NCBI RefSeq assembly: GCF_009834535.1 | Contig: NC_045696.1 | Span: forward strand, 89,840,001-89,904,000 | DNA from: Camelus ferus | Lineage: Eukaryota | DNA: 64,000 nucleotides | Reading direction: 5' to 3' | Shown: positions 1-13,313 of the stretch, piece by piece | Layout: each line of letters begins with the position of its first letter | Numbering within the stretch: position 1 is the stretch's first letter | Position numbers and translations under genes: made by a program | The notes under the pieces: model-generated | Database searches by the model: none | Told to the model about the DNA's origin: nothing | Seen by the model: the letters and a program-made list of their open reading frames with translations, nothing else

Positions 1-198
1 ATGTTATTTTTTCAACATGTAACCAATATAAAAAACTATGAATGAAGACTTCCACATTTTTTTTTATCATAGTAAATCTTCCAAATCCAGTGTGTATTTT
101 ATATTTAGAGCATGCATCACAATTGTGTTTGAACCAGCCACTGTCAAAGAGTTCAATAGCCAACACATGGCTAATGGTCACCATATTGGACTACATAG
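1..198 (+). mobile_element. MER33-like hAT-Charlie DNA transposon, 3' part (truncated by window start)
   Basis: Follows the recalled MER33 consensus: ttcaacatgtaaccaatata...aaatccagtgtgtatttta...caatagccaacacatggctaatggtcaccatattgga. Confidence 0.75.
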
Positions 199-749
199 CT
201 CTATGCCATCGCTCCTGGTGCAATGTCTGCAACCCAAAAGGTACTCAATAAATGTTGCTGACAAATGAGTCTCAGTCACAAGCAGCATTAATTATTGCAT
301 CTTTAATGCCATAGGGTTGAAAGTTCCATGTAAGGTCATTATGATAAATAATTTTGAAATTAAATCTTTCTATAACCTCTGGATTCTTAATAATTCCTTA
401 ATACATGGATTGAGGCAGTTAGTCATGTCTCATCATAAGTAACAGTATGACCAATAACCTTATTGTAGGTCAGTTTGCTCCTTCTCTTCTTAGGAAGAGA
501 TAGCTTTTCCTAAAATTAATCTTTTTTCTTAGGACCCACAGATTCCCATAAGACCCAGAGATATGAATGCTTCTTTGACTTTACTTTGCTCATTTTAAAA
601 TTTTCATTAATTAATTACTTTATTTATTGCTCATTTTTTAAAAAGTGTCTTCTGTCAAATCGATTGCTTGGCCATCACCCTGCTTACTTCCTGCACCTTT
701 CTGTTTCTCTGTGTTTGCTCTGTTTTCAGCTTCCCAAACATTGCAGAGC

Positions 750-1075
750 TGGGAGCAAGAACACAAATGGAGACCCACCTAATACACATCTAAATACTTA
801 AAATTATAAGCCAAGTAAACAAACTGTTAAATAAAATATATTCATTCTTTCACTACTGACAAACGCACACTGAAAATACCAAAATTCAAAATATGCATGG
901 ATAGCTATAGTTTTTGTATGTTCTACTAATGGGCCAGTGACGTTTAGAAGAGTAATAAAATTAAAAATATATGATTGATAAGTTGTTTATTTAAAATATA
1001 AATAAGTTATTTTGCTTGAAGATAACTATGCTATTATAATCAAGTTCTTCACATAATTTGTGTTCTACTGAAAGT
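750..1075. mobile_element. Probable old hAT-Tip100 (Zaphod/MER115-like) fragment
   Basis: acaaatggagacccac...ctaaatacttaaaattataagccaagtaaacaaactgttaaataaaata resembles a recalled consensus; family uncertain. Confidence 0.35.
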
Positions 1076-1087
1076 AATGATTAAAAG

Positions 1088-1412
1088 CAGGAGTTCGCAT
1101 ACTTTTTCTGTAAAAGACAAATGGAAATATTTTCAGCATTGTGGGGCATTCAGTCTCTGTTGCCACTACTCAACTCTGCTATTGTCATGGGAGAGCGGCC
1201 ATAAGCAGCACTTAAACAGATGAGTGAGTGTGTTCCAATGAAGTTTTACTTATGGACATTAAAGTCAGAATTTCATATAATTATTATATGCCACAAATAT
1301 TACTGTTCTTTTGAGTTTTTTCAACAACTTAAAGATGTAAATACATTCTTAGCATGCAGACCACAAAAACAGGTGCAGATCTGGTCTGCAGGGCAGAGTC
1401 TGCTGACTCCTG
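1088..1412 (+). mobile_element. MER58B-like hAT-Charlie element, near full length
   Basis: Terminal inverted ends caggagtt...gactcctg, internal actactcaactctgc motif, and degenerate 8-bp TSD attaaaag (1080-1087) / atttaaat (1413-1420). Confidence 0.8.
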
Positions 1413-2269
1413 ATTTAAATGATTAAAAGCCAAAATCCAATGATTTCAAGGTGTACAAAGTTTGAGTCCGTTATAAAAAATGTAAATTAAAATAAAATAA
1501 AATAAAAATACAAAAATAAGTCATTTTTCGTGTGTTCTAAAAAGTTATTTGCATTCTAAACTATTAAAAATTGACTACTAAAATAAAAAGACAAAATACA
1601 CATTTCAATCACTAACTATAAAAATTTTAAATCAAAATTATTTAAAGATTTCAGAAATTCTCAATCAGCCCCCATAATTCTTAGATTTTTTTAATGCCAG
1701 TGCCAAGTAGGGTCCATTTTCAGTTTTAATTTGAAATGGAAGGTCTTTATTTTAAGCACCTTCTGTTCACTTGCCAATTCTAATTAACAATTTGTGCACT
1801 TGAGAAATATAGCATGCCTTATTTTAAGACTAATTTTTTTCAGTGCCCTACTTAATTTGTACTCAGCCTGAGAAATTAGAGATAACAGTTTTTAATTACT
1901 GAAAAACAGATTTTAAAATGCTTTGGCATGCAAAACTTTCATATATTCTTTGACAGATATTCTCTGGTCAATATGAATATCTCAATTTTGATTATCTATT
2001 CAAATCCAAATGTGTATGACTGTCTTTTGCCATAAAGTTGTACCATAGAATATCCTGTGAGATGATCAATGGGAAAAGAAAAAACATAGGTAGATAATAG
2101 TAATACATACCCTCTATTATTACATTAGTTTGCAAAGCACTTCCATATATACAGTTTCTTTAATTTTTAAAATTTTGTGACCTTATATCTGACTTCTTTC
2201 CCCCTTAGTACTTCTGGCTTCGGCCAACTGGTGAATGCTACACATCTCAGCTTGAAATTCCCTTCCTCC

Positions 2270-2485
2270 ATGAAATCTTCCCCAGTCTTTATAGAAGTCT
2301 GATGCTCCAACCTCCATATGACCAATATTCCTGTATCTCATTAAACTTACCTAGGTACTTGGCAAGAGTTGGTTCACATCTGCAGATTGTGACCTTCCTA
2401 AGGGTTAGGATTGCAGTTTTATTCACCTTTGGATCCTCAACAGCCAGCATAATGTACACTGAGTTACATTTGCTCAAGAAGTAAA
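2270..2485 (+). mobile_element. L2 3' fragment
   Basis: Degenerate L2 3' end (gattgtgaccttcctaagggttaggattgcagttttattcacctttggatcctc...). Confidence 0.5.
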
Positions 2486-2489
2486 TGAT

Positions 2490-3030
2490 CGATTCATTTA
2501 TTCCTTCAAAAATATTTGTTAAATGCCTTTTAGGTTCCAGCTATGGCTCTAGGTGCTGGAGATGGAACAGTGAACAAGACAGACCAAAAAAATCTCTGTT
2601 TTTGTGGTGCTTCATTCTATGAAGGGAGACAGACAATCAACAAAATAAACCAGTAAAATGCACAGTATGATGATTACAAGGGCCACAGAGAAAAATCAAA
2701 CAGGAAAGGGCATAAGGAGTGTTGAGACAGGACAGCCTCACTGAGAATGTGATGTTTGAGTAAAGACTTAAGGAAAGAAGGAAATCAACTACACAGATAA
2801 CTGGGGGAAAGAGGGAGGGAATGTGTTTGGTCTGTTGGAGGCCAGTGTGGCTGGTATAGGGTGAGCAAGCGAGAATCAGTGAGGGTGGAGGTCAGAGGAG
2901 AGACAGGGGTCCAGATTCACAGCCTCAAAGGTTATTGCAAAGACTGGTCTTTACTCCAACTGAAATCTATTGGAGGGTTTTGAGCAGAGTAGTGACATAC
3001 TCAATTTAGGTTTCAGCAAGATCACACTCA
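2490..3030 (-). mobile_element. L2a-like 3' fragment
   Basis: Antisense L2 tail: ttcatttattccttcaaaaatatttgttaaatgcc...ctaggtgctggagat...gtgaacaagacagac...ggagggttttgagcag. Confidence 0.8.
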
Positions 3031-3972
3031 TGAAAGGAATGAACACATGGAGAAACTAATGCATAAAGAAGAAAGCATTGTGTCTAAAGTCACATAGTAA
3101 TTGGAAAATATGGGACCAGAACATAGGCTTCCTAGCCTGATTCTTTTTCTGACACTGTTCACCCACAGATAGTTCTCAGGAGTGTGAATGTGGTTGGAAA
3201 GAACGATTTTTGTTTCCCTGTATATTGCTCATGGATTATGTCCAGGGTCAGTTGTTTACTCACAACAAAAAGAAAAAGAAATCAATCAATCCTAATATTT
3301 TAACTGAATCACCCCAACTTTCTACATATGTTGAATATTTAACATGTGCATATGTTTGTCATTGTCCAGACAATACATCTGGATATGAGATAAATTGCTC
3401 ACTTTTCATTTAGCTGCCCTTGGGTTATTTATATACCAAATTGGTCTCTTCAGTTTTATTTATGTTCATGACAAGTATCACTCGGGGGCAGTTATCCATG
3501 AATTTGAAAGATTTTTCTTTAAAAAAAATCAATCCTACATATATTTGCACATAAATAATATCAAATACATTTGTTTTATTCCCATCCTGCCCCCAACATT
3601 AGGATCCTTAGCTACAGATGTTAGGTCATATAGACATAACACTGACCACTTTTCTCCCTGAAATACTATTTCATTCTTGAAATGAGAAAAAATATCCACA
3701 TGTACAGCTAAGTGATACACAACATGAGGTATTATCCGTATTACAGTATTGCTAAGTTGCCATTATTGAAATAAAACTCCTGGATAGCACATTTATATTG
3801 TTTACCATTTTATTGGCAAAAGGATATCATGGATGATAGTTAAATTATTGAAATAAATAAAAGTGATGCCAGACTAGGGATTTAAAGAGTAAAAGCTACA
3901 AATATTTAACAGGTTTTCACAGAAGACAATGGACTAGGAATCTGAAAATTGTCACTGATACCATTAAATCTT

Positions 3973-6862
3973 CTTAAGTTTCAGCTTTTTGATGTATAAT
4001 TGACATATAAAATAGTAAGATATTTAAAGTGTACACTGAGGTGATTTGATGTGGATACACTGTAAAAGGATTCCTCCCATCTACTTAATTAACACATCTA
4101 TCACCTCATGTATTTATTTTATTATTTTATTTTATTTTGGTAAGAACATTTAGTTCTAACAGCAAATTTCAGTTACACAATGAAGTGTTATCAACTATAG
4201 TCACCATGTTTTACATTTGATCTTCAGGCTTTACTCATCTTACGGCTGAAATTTTGTAACCTTTTACGAACCTCTCCCTATTTCCTGCAAACCTCAGCCC
4301 ACGGCAACCACTTTTCTACTCTCTGTTTCTGAGTTTGATTCTTTTAGGTTCCACATATAAGTGATATCATACATCATTTGTCTTTGCCTGGCTTATTTCA
4401 CTTAACACAATGCCCTCAAGTTTCATTCATGTTGCAAATGTCAGGATTTTCTTCTTTCTCATGACTGAACAACGTTTTATGTCTATCTCATATCTTCTTT
4501 ATACAATCATCTGTTGATGGATACTTAGGCTGCTTCCATATCTTGGTTATTGTGAATAATGCTTCAATGAACATGGGAGGCCAGATATCTCTTTGATATC
4601 CTGCTTCCATTTTCTTTGGACATATACCCAAAAATAAGACTGCTGAATCATACAGTAGTTGTATTTTTAATTTTTTGAAGAACCTCCATACTGTTTTCCA
4701 TAGTGGCCGCACCAATTTGCATTTCCCCTAATAGTACACAAGGGTTCCCTTTTCTCTGCAGTCTCACCAACATTTGCTATCTCCTGTCTTTTGGGAGACA
4801 ACCATTTTAGCGGGTATGAGGTGATATCTTGTTATTTTGACTTGTATTTCCCTAATAATTGGTGATGTTGAGCCTCCTTTCATGTACCTGTTGGCCATTT
4901 GTATGACTTTTTTTTTTTTTTTTTTGGAAAGAGTCTATTCAGTTACTTTGCTTATTTTTTTAATCAGGTTTTTTTTTTTTTTTTTTTTGCTATTGAGTTG
5001 TATGAGTTCTTTATATATTTTGGATATTAACTCCTTATCAGATATATGATTTGCAAATATTTTATCCATTCCATAGCTTACTTTTTCATTTTGCCCATAG
5101 TTTTCTTTGCTGTGCAGAAGCTTTTAGTTTGATGTAGTTGATCTCTTTGTTCTGGCTTTGTTGTCTTTGCTTTTGGTGTTATATCCTGAAAATTATCAAA
5201 AAGACTAACATCAAGGAGCTATTTCTCAATGTGCTTTCTTCTAGGAGCTTTATTGTCTCAAGTCTTACATTCAAGTCTTTAATCCATTTTGAGTCGATTT
5301 TTATGTACAATGTAAGGTCAATTCAATTTCATTCTTTTGCATGTGGCTGTCCAGTATTCCCAACATCATTTGTTGAAGAGATTATTATTTCCCCAATTGT
5401 ATATTCTTGGCTCCTTTGTCATAAATTTATCAACCATATGTACATGGGTTTATTTCTGGGCTCACTATTCTGTTCTGATCTGTGTGTCCATTTTTGTGCC
5501 AGCATCATACTGTTTTGATTACTAGGCCTTTGTAATGTAGTCTGAAATCAGGGAGCATGTTATCTTCAGCTTTGTTCTTCTGTTTCAAGATTGCTTTAGC
5601 TACTTGGGTTCTTTTGTGGTTTCATAAAATTTTCAGGATTGTTTTCTCCATTTCTGTGATAAATATCATTGGAATTTTGATAAAGATTGTACTAAATCTA
5701 CAGATTGCTTTAGGAAGTGTGGAATCTTAATAATATTAATTCTTCCAATCCATGAGCACAGTATATCTTTCCATTTCTTTGTGTCCTTAATTTCTTTCAT
5801 CAATGTCTTATAGTTTTCAATATGCGTATCTTTCACCTCTTTGGTTAAATCTTTTCAATGCAACTGTAAATGGGATTGTTTTCATAATTTCTCTTTCTGG
5901 TAGTTCACTGCTAGTGAACTTAAGTGACAGTTCATTGTTAGCAACTTTACTAAATTCATTGATTAGTTCTAGCAGTTTTTTAATGGAGTCTTTAGGATTT
6001 TCTGTTATAATATCATGACATGTACAAATAGAGACAGTTTTACTTCTTCCTTTCCACTTTGCATGTCTTTTCTTTCCTTTCCTTGCCTAATTGCTCTGGC
6101 CAAGATTTCCAGTACTGTGTTGAATAAAAGTTCTAAGAGCAGACAGCCTTGTCTTGTTCCTGATCTTAGAGGAAAAGCTTTCAGCTTTCCACCACTGAGT
6201 ATGATGTTAGTGGTGGGCTTAACATATATGGTCTTTATTTTGTTGAGATATGTTCCCTCTATATCAAGTTTCTTGAGAGTTTTTATAAATGTGTAATTTT
6301 GTCAAATGCTTTTTCTGCATCTATTGAGATGATCATATACTTTTTAACATTTATTTTATTAACGTGGTGTATCACATTGATTGATTAGTGGGATGTTGAG
6401 CCATTTTGCATCCTTGGAATAACTCTCATTTGATCATAGTGTATGAGCTTTTTAATATATTGTTGAATTAGGTTTGCTGAAATTTTGTTGAGGATGTTTG
6501 CATCTGTGTTCATCAGGGGTAATGGCCTATCATTTCCTTTTTTTGTACTATCCTTGCCTGGTTTAGGATCAGGGTAATGTTGGTTTCATAAAATGAGTTT
6601 GAAAGTATTCTTTCTTCTATTTTTTGAAGGACTTTGAGAAGGACTAGTATTAATTCTCCTTTAAATGTTTGGTAGAATTAACCACCAAAGTCATTTGGTC
6701 CTGGACTTTTGTTTGTAGGGAGGTTTTTGACTACTGATTCAATCTCTTCACTATTTTCAATTTTTCATTTCCTCACTACTCAGTCTTGGTAGGTTGTACT
6801 TCTAGGAATATACCCATTTCTTCTGGGCTGTCAAATTTGTTGGCATATTATAGTTTGTGGCA
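3973..6862 (-). mobile_element. 5'-truncated L1 (~2.9 kb: 3' half of ORF2 plus 3' UTR), degenerate
   Basis: Minus-strand ORF 4488-4715 (PLWKTVWRFFKKL...MFIEALFTITKIWKQPK) is the L1 ORF2 C-terminus. Decayed RT motifs GTRQGC (~6140-6160) and LSLF(AD>VH) (~6012-6038) are present. Flanking TSD gataccattaaatctt (3957-3972) / gatatcattaaatttt (6863-6878). Confidence 0.95.
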
Positions 6863-8240
6863 GATATCATTAAATTTTTGAAATGAGAAAAAAGGGCCCC
6901 ATTTTTTCAGATAAAAATAAAAATAAAAAATCCCAGGGATACGCCCTCCAGTGGGTTAGGGTCAGGCTATGATCTAGACCCAGATGCTGTTACTTCTTTT
7001 CATTGCTTGTCACTCAGATGAAACATTAGTAGGATGTAATCAGCTGCAGAATAGTAGTAGAACTGATTTATTTATGTAACGTTCAGAGGTTACAAAGTGC
7101 AGTCATGTACATTATCTCATTTGCTGATGTATTAGTTTGGTTATACTCAATAACCTACCTATTCTTAAAATTAGTAGTTTGTGTTTAGACCTATCTCTCC
7201 AGGCTTAACCACTCACTGACCATCCAGACCATCTCTCACAGGCTCTGCTGAATTTAAAGTTAAGCATCATCTGATAAAGTCTAAGCTACATTGTCTCTCT
7301 GCCCACATCTCCCACCATGCCTGCTACCCTAGGCATTGTCAGACATGTGGATTGCAGGAATCAGCAATATTTTAGAAGACAGTTTTGCTGCTGTTGTTAG
7401 GGACAAAGGCTACTTCATAGGACTGCCTTATTTTTATTTAATTAAGTAATAACATTTTTTAGAGTACTAATTTCTAGAATTATCATTTTACTCTATGGTT
7501 TTTAACTGGGTCAGTGACTTTTTCAAAGTTAGTTAGTATGGAGCTCTTCAGGACTTCAGCCTCAGTCCTCTGACTCCCAGGCCAGTGTTAAGGATTACAG
7601 TTAAGTTCTAAAAAAGAATCTTAGGGCTACTAACCAAAAATCACCATGATCAGGATATCCGAAACAAGGGGAAAATGTGGTAGGGGGAGAAGCGAGGAGG
7701 TGGGGCATAACTGGTAGGTGAGAGGGGTTTAGTCATTGAAGAAGAGAGAGGCAACATACTTAAACAGTAGCACAAAACCACTGGAAAAGGGGCATTAGGT
7801 AATTCAGTAACTGGGATTCTGTGAAAAATTACAGAGGATATGTCAAACATAAGGTGGTGCTTGATAAAAATCATTGTTTCAGGTGCACTTTAAGAAGTGA
7901 AGAAGCTTGATCAAAGGAGTCAGAAGAACTCAAGATAAGAAAAAAGGGGAGATGCTGGAGATGGTGGTTAGAAAGATTGCTGGTAGGATCAGGAATTAGG
8001 CAAGAATTAGAAGGTTGTAATAGAAATAAAGAGAGGTATCTGAAAAAAGTGGTGAAGGCAAGAATGTGCCATTTTATGAGTAAGTGAACATAGACACTGA
8101 AAGCAACAGTGAGCACTCACTAATTCTGGGCTATAGATTTTCAATGCCATTAATTTGGCAATTAATCATATGCTGTCTCGTGATATTCTTTATATGGTTT
8201 GAACAGTTATTACCTCTTGCATTATTTAACTTATCTGACC

Positions 8241-8335
8241 ACATTAAATATATATAATATGAGAAAGGGATCAAGACGAAGGGATAGTGAGTGACAGAGT
8301 TGATGACACTTAGCGGTGCTATGCATTGTACACTC
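8241..8335 (+). repeat. Copy A of a ~95-bp dispersed direct repeat
   Basis: Aligns by eye to 10013-10109 at about 84/97 columns. Confidence 0.9.
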
Positions 8336-9274
8336 TTCAGGACGTTCTAGGGGTGAGAGCGTTTTGGGTGAGGCTAGCTGGTAGGAATGAAGTCTTACAA
8401 TTCTCTGTGAAAGGGAAAAATTTCTGGTTTGTGAACAAATTTTATCTGGAATATCCAAGATAGCCAGTATGCCCCAGCTCCATGTAGACTACACAAACAG
8501 AGTGTCTAGTATGTAGGCATGTCTCTATTGTTCGACTGACAGTGAGGAGATATTAAGTGAACTACAGCAGGTCACCACATAGAGGTCATAAGGTTTCATA
8601 TGGGATTAAAATTTCTGACAGAGAGTAGGAGTGACTATTAGAAGAGTATTCAAAGGAGGCTACAGAATCTTCCCCAGAAAATTTCAAAGTAGCTTGAGAC
8701 AGTTTTGACATGATAAAGAAGGGTTTCCAAATGCTGGACTATCAACTAGTGCTTGTCTGTACAAAATATTCACAGGTCGCTGGTGAAATGAGAAAAAGAA
8801 AACAAAGGCAGAGTGATAAAGATACAAATTTATAGATGGCGCAGGACAGGTATAGTTGCTAGACATTCTTTTTTGAGAAGGACTGTTCTGTATTCCAAGA
8901 TTTTATCCTTTCTAGATTTGGGGGTAGTTAAAATAGTTTTTGATGAGAACATGGTGATAGTAGACATTGGTCTTTTTTTTAATGTCAGTATTTGTTAAGT
9001 ACAGATCAGCATTCTCATGATGTAAACTTTTTTACCTATCAAAAATGTGTTTTTAAATGTTGCTGTCCCATGCAAATTATAGATGAGCACCCCTAGGACA
9101 GTGGGCATGGTAGGAGACATGGTAGAAGAGACAACATAGCATGGCTTTTGCTAGATGATTCTTAGCTTTAAAATGAGTAGGGCCTGTGAGAGATGGGCTC
9201 AGAGAGTCAGCAAATGGTTAAGCCTGAAGAGGCAGGTCTAGATACAAATTATTAGGCCACAGTTATTGCATGCT

Positions 9275-9440
9275 TATCCTATGCCACAATGTGAGGTGGA
9301 TATTATCATTAACTCATTTTACAGCCGAGGGAACTGAGAGGTAGGGGGATTAAGTAACTTGTCCAAGGGCACAAACTGGCAAGTGCTGACACCAGGATTT
9401 GAACTCATGTTTGCATGAATTCAATGCTTGAGTTCTTGCT
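9275..9440 (-). mobile_element. MIR SINE
   Basis: Core cattttacagccgagggaactgag...taagtaacttgtccaagg...ccaggatttgaactc. Confidence 0.75.
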
Positions 9441-9889
9441 CACTGAGCTATTCCGACTTTCATTAACGTGTAAGTGGTTGTTAAAATCCCTCAGTACAGA
9501 AAAGCCTGCCAAGAGGACCACTATGGAAAGATAAATTAAAAACCAAGAGAGGGCGTCCTTAGCTAAGTATAGGCAGGACAGCAAGGCAAGATGATAATTC
9601 ACTCTGTCCAATGTGAGAGGTCGCTAAAGCACTGGAGCAATTGCTCTGGGCCAACTTGAGGTCACAACAGGCAACAGGAATGAGCTATTTATGGAGTTGT
9701 TTGGCCAGAAGCCATACTGGGAAGAAGAGAGGGCTACTGATTCAACCAAACCGCACCAGTGGATTCCAATGGATGGGTCTAGATCAGAGCAACCAGCTAA
9801 ACAATATGAAGCACTGCACAGAAAAGAAATTAAAGCAAAGAGACCCATGGTCAGACCTAGGATTCTCTACAGAACTCTGTCTCGCAGAG

Positions 9890-10070
9890 TACAACATTTA
9901 TTAATTCAGCAAATGTCTCACATGCTCATCACATGCCAGGCACTGTTCTAAAGACCAGACAAACTCCCTGCCCTCATGGACCTTACATTCTAGTGTGGGC
10001 AAGGGACACTAGACATTAAATATATATAATATGAGGAAGGAATCAAGATGAAGGGATAGATAGAGCGATA
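9890..10070 (-). mobile_element. L2 3' fragment
   Basis: atgccaggcactgttcta...ccctgccctcatggaccttacattctagt, typical antisense L2 tail. Confidence 0.7.
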
Positions 10071-10109
10071 GAGGGAATGACACTTAGTGCTGCTATGCAT
10101 CGTACACTC
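10013..10109 (+). repeat. Copy B of a ~95-bp dispersed direct repeat
   Basis: Aligns to 8241-8335; the first 23 nt are identical. Confidence 0.9.
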
Positions 10110-13100
10110 CAGCGCTCAACTCCCACTCTCAAAAACTTCAGCACATCTCAAAATACCACCCTATAAGAAAGTAACATCGTGTAATAACCTGCAACACAGA
10201 GTTGCTGTTACAGAATATTCTAAAAGTAGAATATCAGCCTACAGGGCAGTATCAATAGAGACAGACCAATACGATTGTACTTTATATCAGAAGACAGTTC
10301 TGTCAAGACTGCCATCTTTTGGGTACCTGCCTAAATCCTTCGCCCTTCAGGGTGTTTAGACTGGTAATGAATTCAGCACAAAACAGGCATCACTCCACAA
10401 CATCACTGTCAGGCTCAATTCTTGACATAAGACTAAGTAACCAGATTTAAGAGCCATTGTGTATAGGATGCCTTAACTCTAAGCTTAAAGATTCTGCACT
10501 TAAATGATTTTGAAACACTATCAACAAACCAGGAACACTCAAGAGAATGAATTGATACCACTCCCCACCTCCCCCGCCACCTCAATCCTGTGCACACATG
10601 TGGATAAGCTACAAAAGTATCTGATGACCCTGAATTTGATAAGCACTATCTCAATTCTATTCCACCCTAGAGGGAAAGGGCCACATAAACCCCTGCATGA
10701 TGTGTGGATTGATTAGTCAAGTGGAGGATCTCAGATGAACTCTGAACTCATTAGTCACACCCACATTGCTCTGGCCGACTCTCTGTACTAGCTGTATCCT
10801 TCATTTCTGCTGCCCAAATTGCGGTGGTGACACTCAATTTCTTTCCACTACAAACCACAGAGCACTTTCAAATCTCTAGCAGTAGAGGTGAGGAAATATT
10901 GCCTCTGGGAGAGCTACAGGGAAAGTATTAAAATTATTTTCTGTTATAGTTTCCTTGAAGGACTGTTCATGGAGTACCTACTATGTGCTAGACACAGAGT
11001 CCTAAAGATACAAACTTCTCTTTGCGGTGCAAGGAACAGAAACGAAGATTTTTCTCTATGAGCCCTGATTTTTTACTCCCATTTATCTTTGTATGCTGTT
11101 TTAATTCCTATACCAATAGTCCTAGGAAATCCATTTCTTTAAGACCACAGAGTCCTTTGTAACAAATCTGTATGTTTATTGAATACCTACTATGTGCTCA
11201 ACTTATAAAAATAACCTTTTCATAGATTGTTTTATGGACCATTTAGAAGTCTGCATCAAACTCCAAATACTTGTTTCCCAACTTTGTTAATATGCAATTC
11301 TTATCTCGAGATCAATGGAAAGTAGACTGTTGATAGCAAGATGTGCTAACAACAGAAAACAGTAAAAAGTGTTCTTCCTTTGGGAAGTTCCCAAATTCTG
11401 TATGAAACTATTATTGGAACCAGCAATATGCAAAACAAGTATGCAGTATTCTGAGATAAGTAAGAGGCAACACTGGCTGTTTTAGAATTAACTTGTCTAA
11501 AGAAATTCAGTTTTCATTAAACAAAAGTTGAAGAGTCTCCACCTGTTTTCCTAGTTGGATTCAGGTATTTCCTTTTTTATTCTTCCCCAGGCATCACATA
11601 AAAATAGAACTCATTATCAATATCAAAAACTATACCTTGATTTTTCTGTCAGAAGAGAGCTAAACAGCACCAAACAAATGACCTCCATCAAGGACGTCAA
11701 TTTGCAACCACAAACATCACCCTTGCCCTGAGCTGGTAATGTCTGACCAAACGTTAGGGTCTATGGAGCAGAGATACCAGGCAATCATCCTGTTTGTAGA
11801 TTAAAAATAGTTATTTGAGGGGTGCCTGGGCGATGAGCATTTTGTTGGGGGTCTCACAGAAACCCAGGTAATGAAGCATGACAATTGTATCTACCACAGC
11901 CAGCCAGATGGCTGCTTGCACAGATGTGTATCTGTCTGGTGGGGAGGAGCCACCACTGTTATATTTATTCACTATTTCATTACTGGACAACCTGCGCGGG
12001 CCCGTCATCCTTTGGGTTCATTACTATTGCATTACTCGCTTTCAAGCCAACGTAACAGCTGCTGTGTTCATTTATCATCTCTCCATCCAGGCTTCCCTCT
12101 GCTCTTTATAAAAGAGGAAATTGAGCTTACTACCTAGACAGGGTCCTTGCTTATTTTTTACTGTCTTACATACCACTTAAAGATAAATATTATTTCTTAA
12201 AGTGAGTTACTTACTTATTATGTCAAATTTCTTTTTCTAAATTCTTTATTCTACTCCTTTCACTTTTTAATGAACATCACTTTATTGTACCTATTTATTT
12301 TCCTTGTCAACTTTCCCTAAACCAGACCTTGGTTATTACCATCTGTATACACTTAGAGTAAGAAGAGTGGTATGAGTTTAAAAATTTCAGAAGAGTTGTA
12401 ATCGGGAATATCTGGAAGTAGGAAACAGAGATCGGGGAGAGGTGAATGGGGTAAGAAGCAAGTGTTACAGAGGCTCTTAGAACTAGGCTTCTGTTGGTCC
12501 ACTTCTCTCCCAAAGGGTGCACTCACCCTGGTCAGGAGAAGGTGATCAGCATCACAGACGGTGGGGGAGGTAGAAGCAGTACTGGGGAGAGCTCTGTTAA
12601 GGGATCAGCGCTCAGGGCCCAGTGCTGTAGAGAGAGCCATCTGGAGAGGGGCCACGGACAGGGCGAAAGCGGAGGGTCAGGGTCCCCGACCAAGTTGTAT
12701 ACGTGCTCAGTGTTCAGACTGACAGGCTCATGGTCGGATATGCAAATGCCTGGCTTTAGTCTATGAGTGGGAGCGGTTCCCATGGGCACCAAGATGAAGT
12801 GGAGAGGGACTAGTTACTGCAGCAGGGTGACTACAAGAACGCTTTCCACATGATTCCCAGCTCATCTACGAGGGAAGAAAAAGCAGTTCTTGGTAAAATG
12901 TACCTAGTCATATATCCCATTATGAAAATTCTGCCTTATTCCTGAATCTTGATCCCGTTGGGCAACTTCAGCAGTCCAAACACTTGAGAATCGGAAAATG
13001 CAATGAAAATAAGCACCTGTCTCCTTGCGCTGTACAAAGGTTGTTCAGTAAAGCTCGCTGGCTGTCTTCTCTTTCACAGCAAAGACTAGAAAATTCTTCA

Positions 13101-13313
13101 CCATCCTTATAATGAAATTTGGGAGTAGGGAAACACATTTAAAGAACAGATAAAAGTGTCCATTTTATCTCCTTGGCTCATCAGATATGTGAGTAATTAA
13201 AAATCATTTTCATTGTTAACTAATCCATACATATATATAGTGACTGGTGAGTATTCCATTGTGAAAATAAGAGAAGTGGGATTAATGATCAAAAATCAGA
13301 AGTATACAAAAAT

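Noticed and set aside
4837..6296. Several hydrophobic plus-strand ORFs
   Set aside because: Antisense readings of the T-rich minus-strand L1, not genes.
11811..12008. Protein-looking minus-strand ORF (MTGPRRLSSNEIVNKY...)
   Set aside because: Only 65 aa, no recognisable homology and no in-frame splice acceptor found; more plausibly non-coding.
12527..12581. Possible 55-nt minus-strand exon (ccccag|...agg|gtgagt)
   Set aside because: Length is not a multiple of three, the one open frame is unrecognisable, and nothing else supports it.
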